The position numbers and the translations under genes are program-made. DNA of 60,589 nucleotides, counting the filler. It is 9 parts of 9 records of this genome, joined end to end, with 100 filler letters (N's around TTAATTAATTAA, not from the genome) between each part and the next. Parts side by side here need not be neighbours in the genome. Positions count along the whole stretch, not along the records: positions 54,421 to 60,589 come from SRR31156797_111537; 8 more parts are not named here. One strand, written 5' to 3'. How positions within the stretch are numbered: the first letter of the stretch is position 1; each line of letters opens with the position of its first letter. Of the stretch, positions 60,284-60,589 are shown piece after piece. Below the pieces are notes generated by a model. It was not told the DNA's origin and did no database searches. It saw only the letters and a list, made by a program, of their open reading frames with translations.

Positions 60284-60589
60284 CTATTTTGTCACCCAAT
60301 TCCCGGCTTTTGTTTGGATTTTTTCACCGGGACCTGCATTGTCCCTGTTGATCTTGGCAAAAATCTTTCTCACCTCCGGAAGATCCGTCTTTTTCAGATT
60401 TTCGTTCATGTAAATCACCTGCAGCATGATTTTTTCCCGGGAACCATTGATCTGGGAAACAACAGATTCAAACTCTTCTGCGGAATAGGTTTGCGCAAAA
60501 TCCATGAGTGAGACAGGGGCATTTTTTGCGGCCATGTCGAAGGTCTCGATCAGGCCCAGGTTGTTTTCGCCGACCCAGCCCAGGCGTTT
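60284..60589 (-). CDS. DUF1318 / YdbL-like protein (5' truncated)
   Basis: KRLGWVGENNLGLI..QINGSR..IFAKINRDNAGPGEKIQTKAGNWVTK matches the DUF1318 pattern (GxVGExNxG..N..R..GxW). Confidence 0.72.
   Translation of the reverse strand, partial: KRLGWVGENNLGLIETFDMAAKNAPVSLMDFAQTYSAEEFESVVSQINGSREKIMLQVIYMNENLKKTDLPEVRKIFAKINRDNAGPGEKIQTKAGNWVTK

Overview
This window is not one locus. It is nine unrelated contigs joined by eight identical 100-bp artificial spacers (N44-TTAATTAATTAA-N44), so gene neighbourhoods only mean something within a contig. Taxonomic labels are inferred from gene content and suggest an anoxic, sulfate-reducing community. (1) 1-6480, Planctomycetota-like: GLUG-repeat protein, Zn-ribbon/PH protein, RhlB-like helicase, Tat-exported Gfo/Idh/MocA oxidoreductase, V8-like protease. 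(2) 6581-13152, AT-rich FCB-group-like: stand-alone hydG, three lipoproteins, a FadL-like barrel and many short intergenic repeats. (3) 13253-21097, Desulfobacterota-like: MarR divergent from an operon of two VAO/PCMH-family flavoproteins flanking an HdrD/GlcF-type CCG Fe-S protein, a CoA ligase and DctP. (4) 21198-27314, Alphaproteobacteria: PPIase-argJ-GNAT/MutT fusion-CinA-like, plus a palindromic element. (5) 27415-33745: tRNA 3' end, an RND efflux operon with a homopolymer frameshift and an apparent internal deletion, and a cytochrome c3 fragment. (6) 33846-40558, Alphaproteobacteria: GT2-DedA-ArnT, CLC, sdaA, HtrA-like pseudoprotease. (7) 40659-46394, Desulfovibrionaceae-like: mltA, gatB, mtnA, der, tRNA-Ser(GCT). 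(8) 46495-54320: modified amino-sugar/GT-C glycosylation operon with a radical SAM enzyme and a sulfotransferase. (9) 54421-60589: a DUF1318/YdbL gene followed by a giant (>1950 aa) exported beta-propeller-TPR-CHAT-like protein. The best candidates for undescribed systems are the contig 9 protein and the contig 3 flavoprotein-pair/CCG operon. No CRISPR array, rRNA or transposase was seen.
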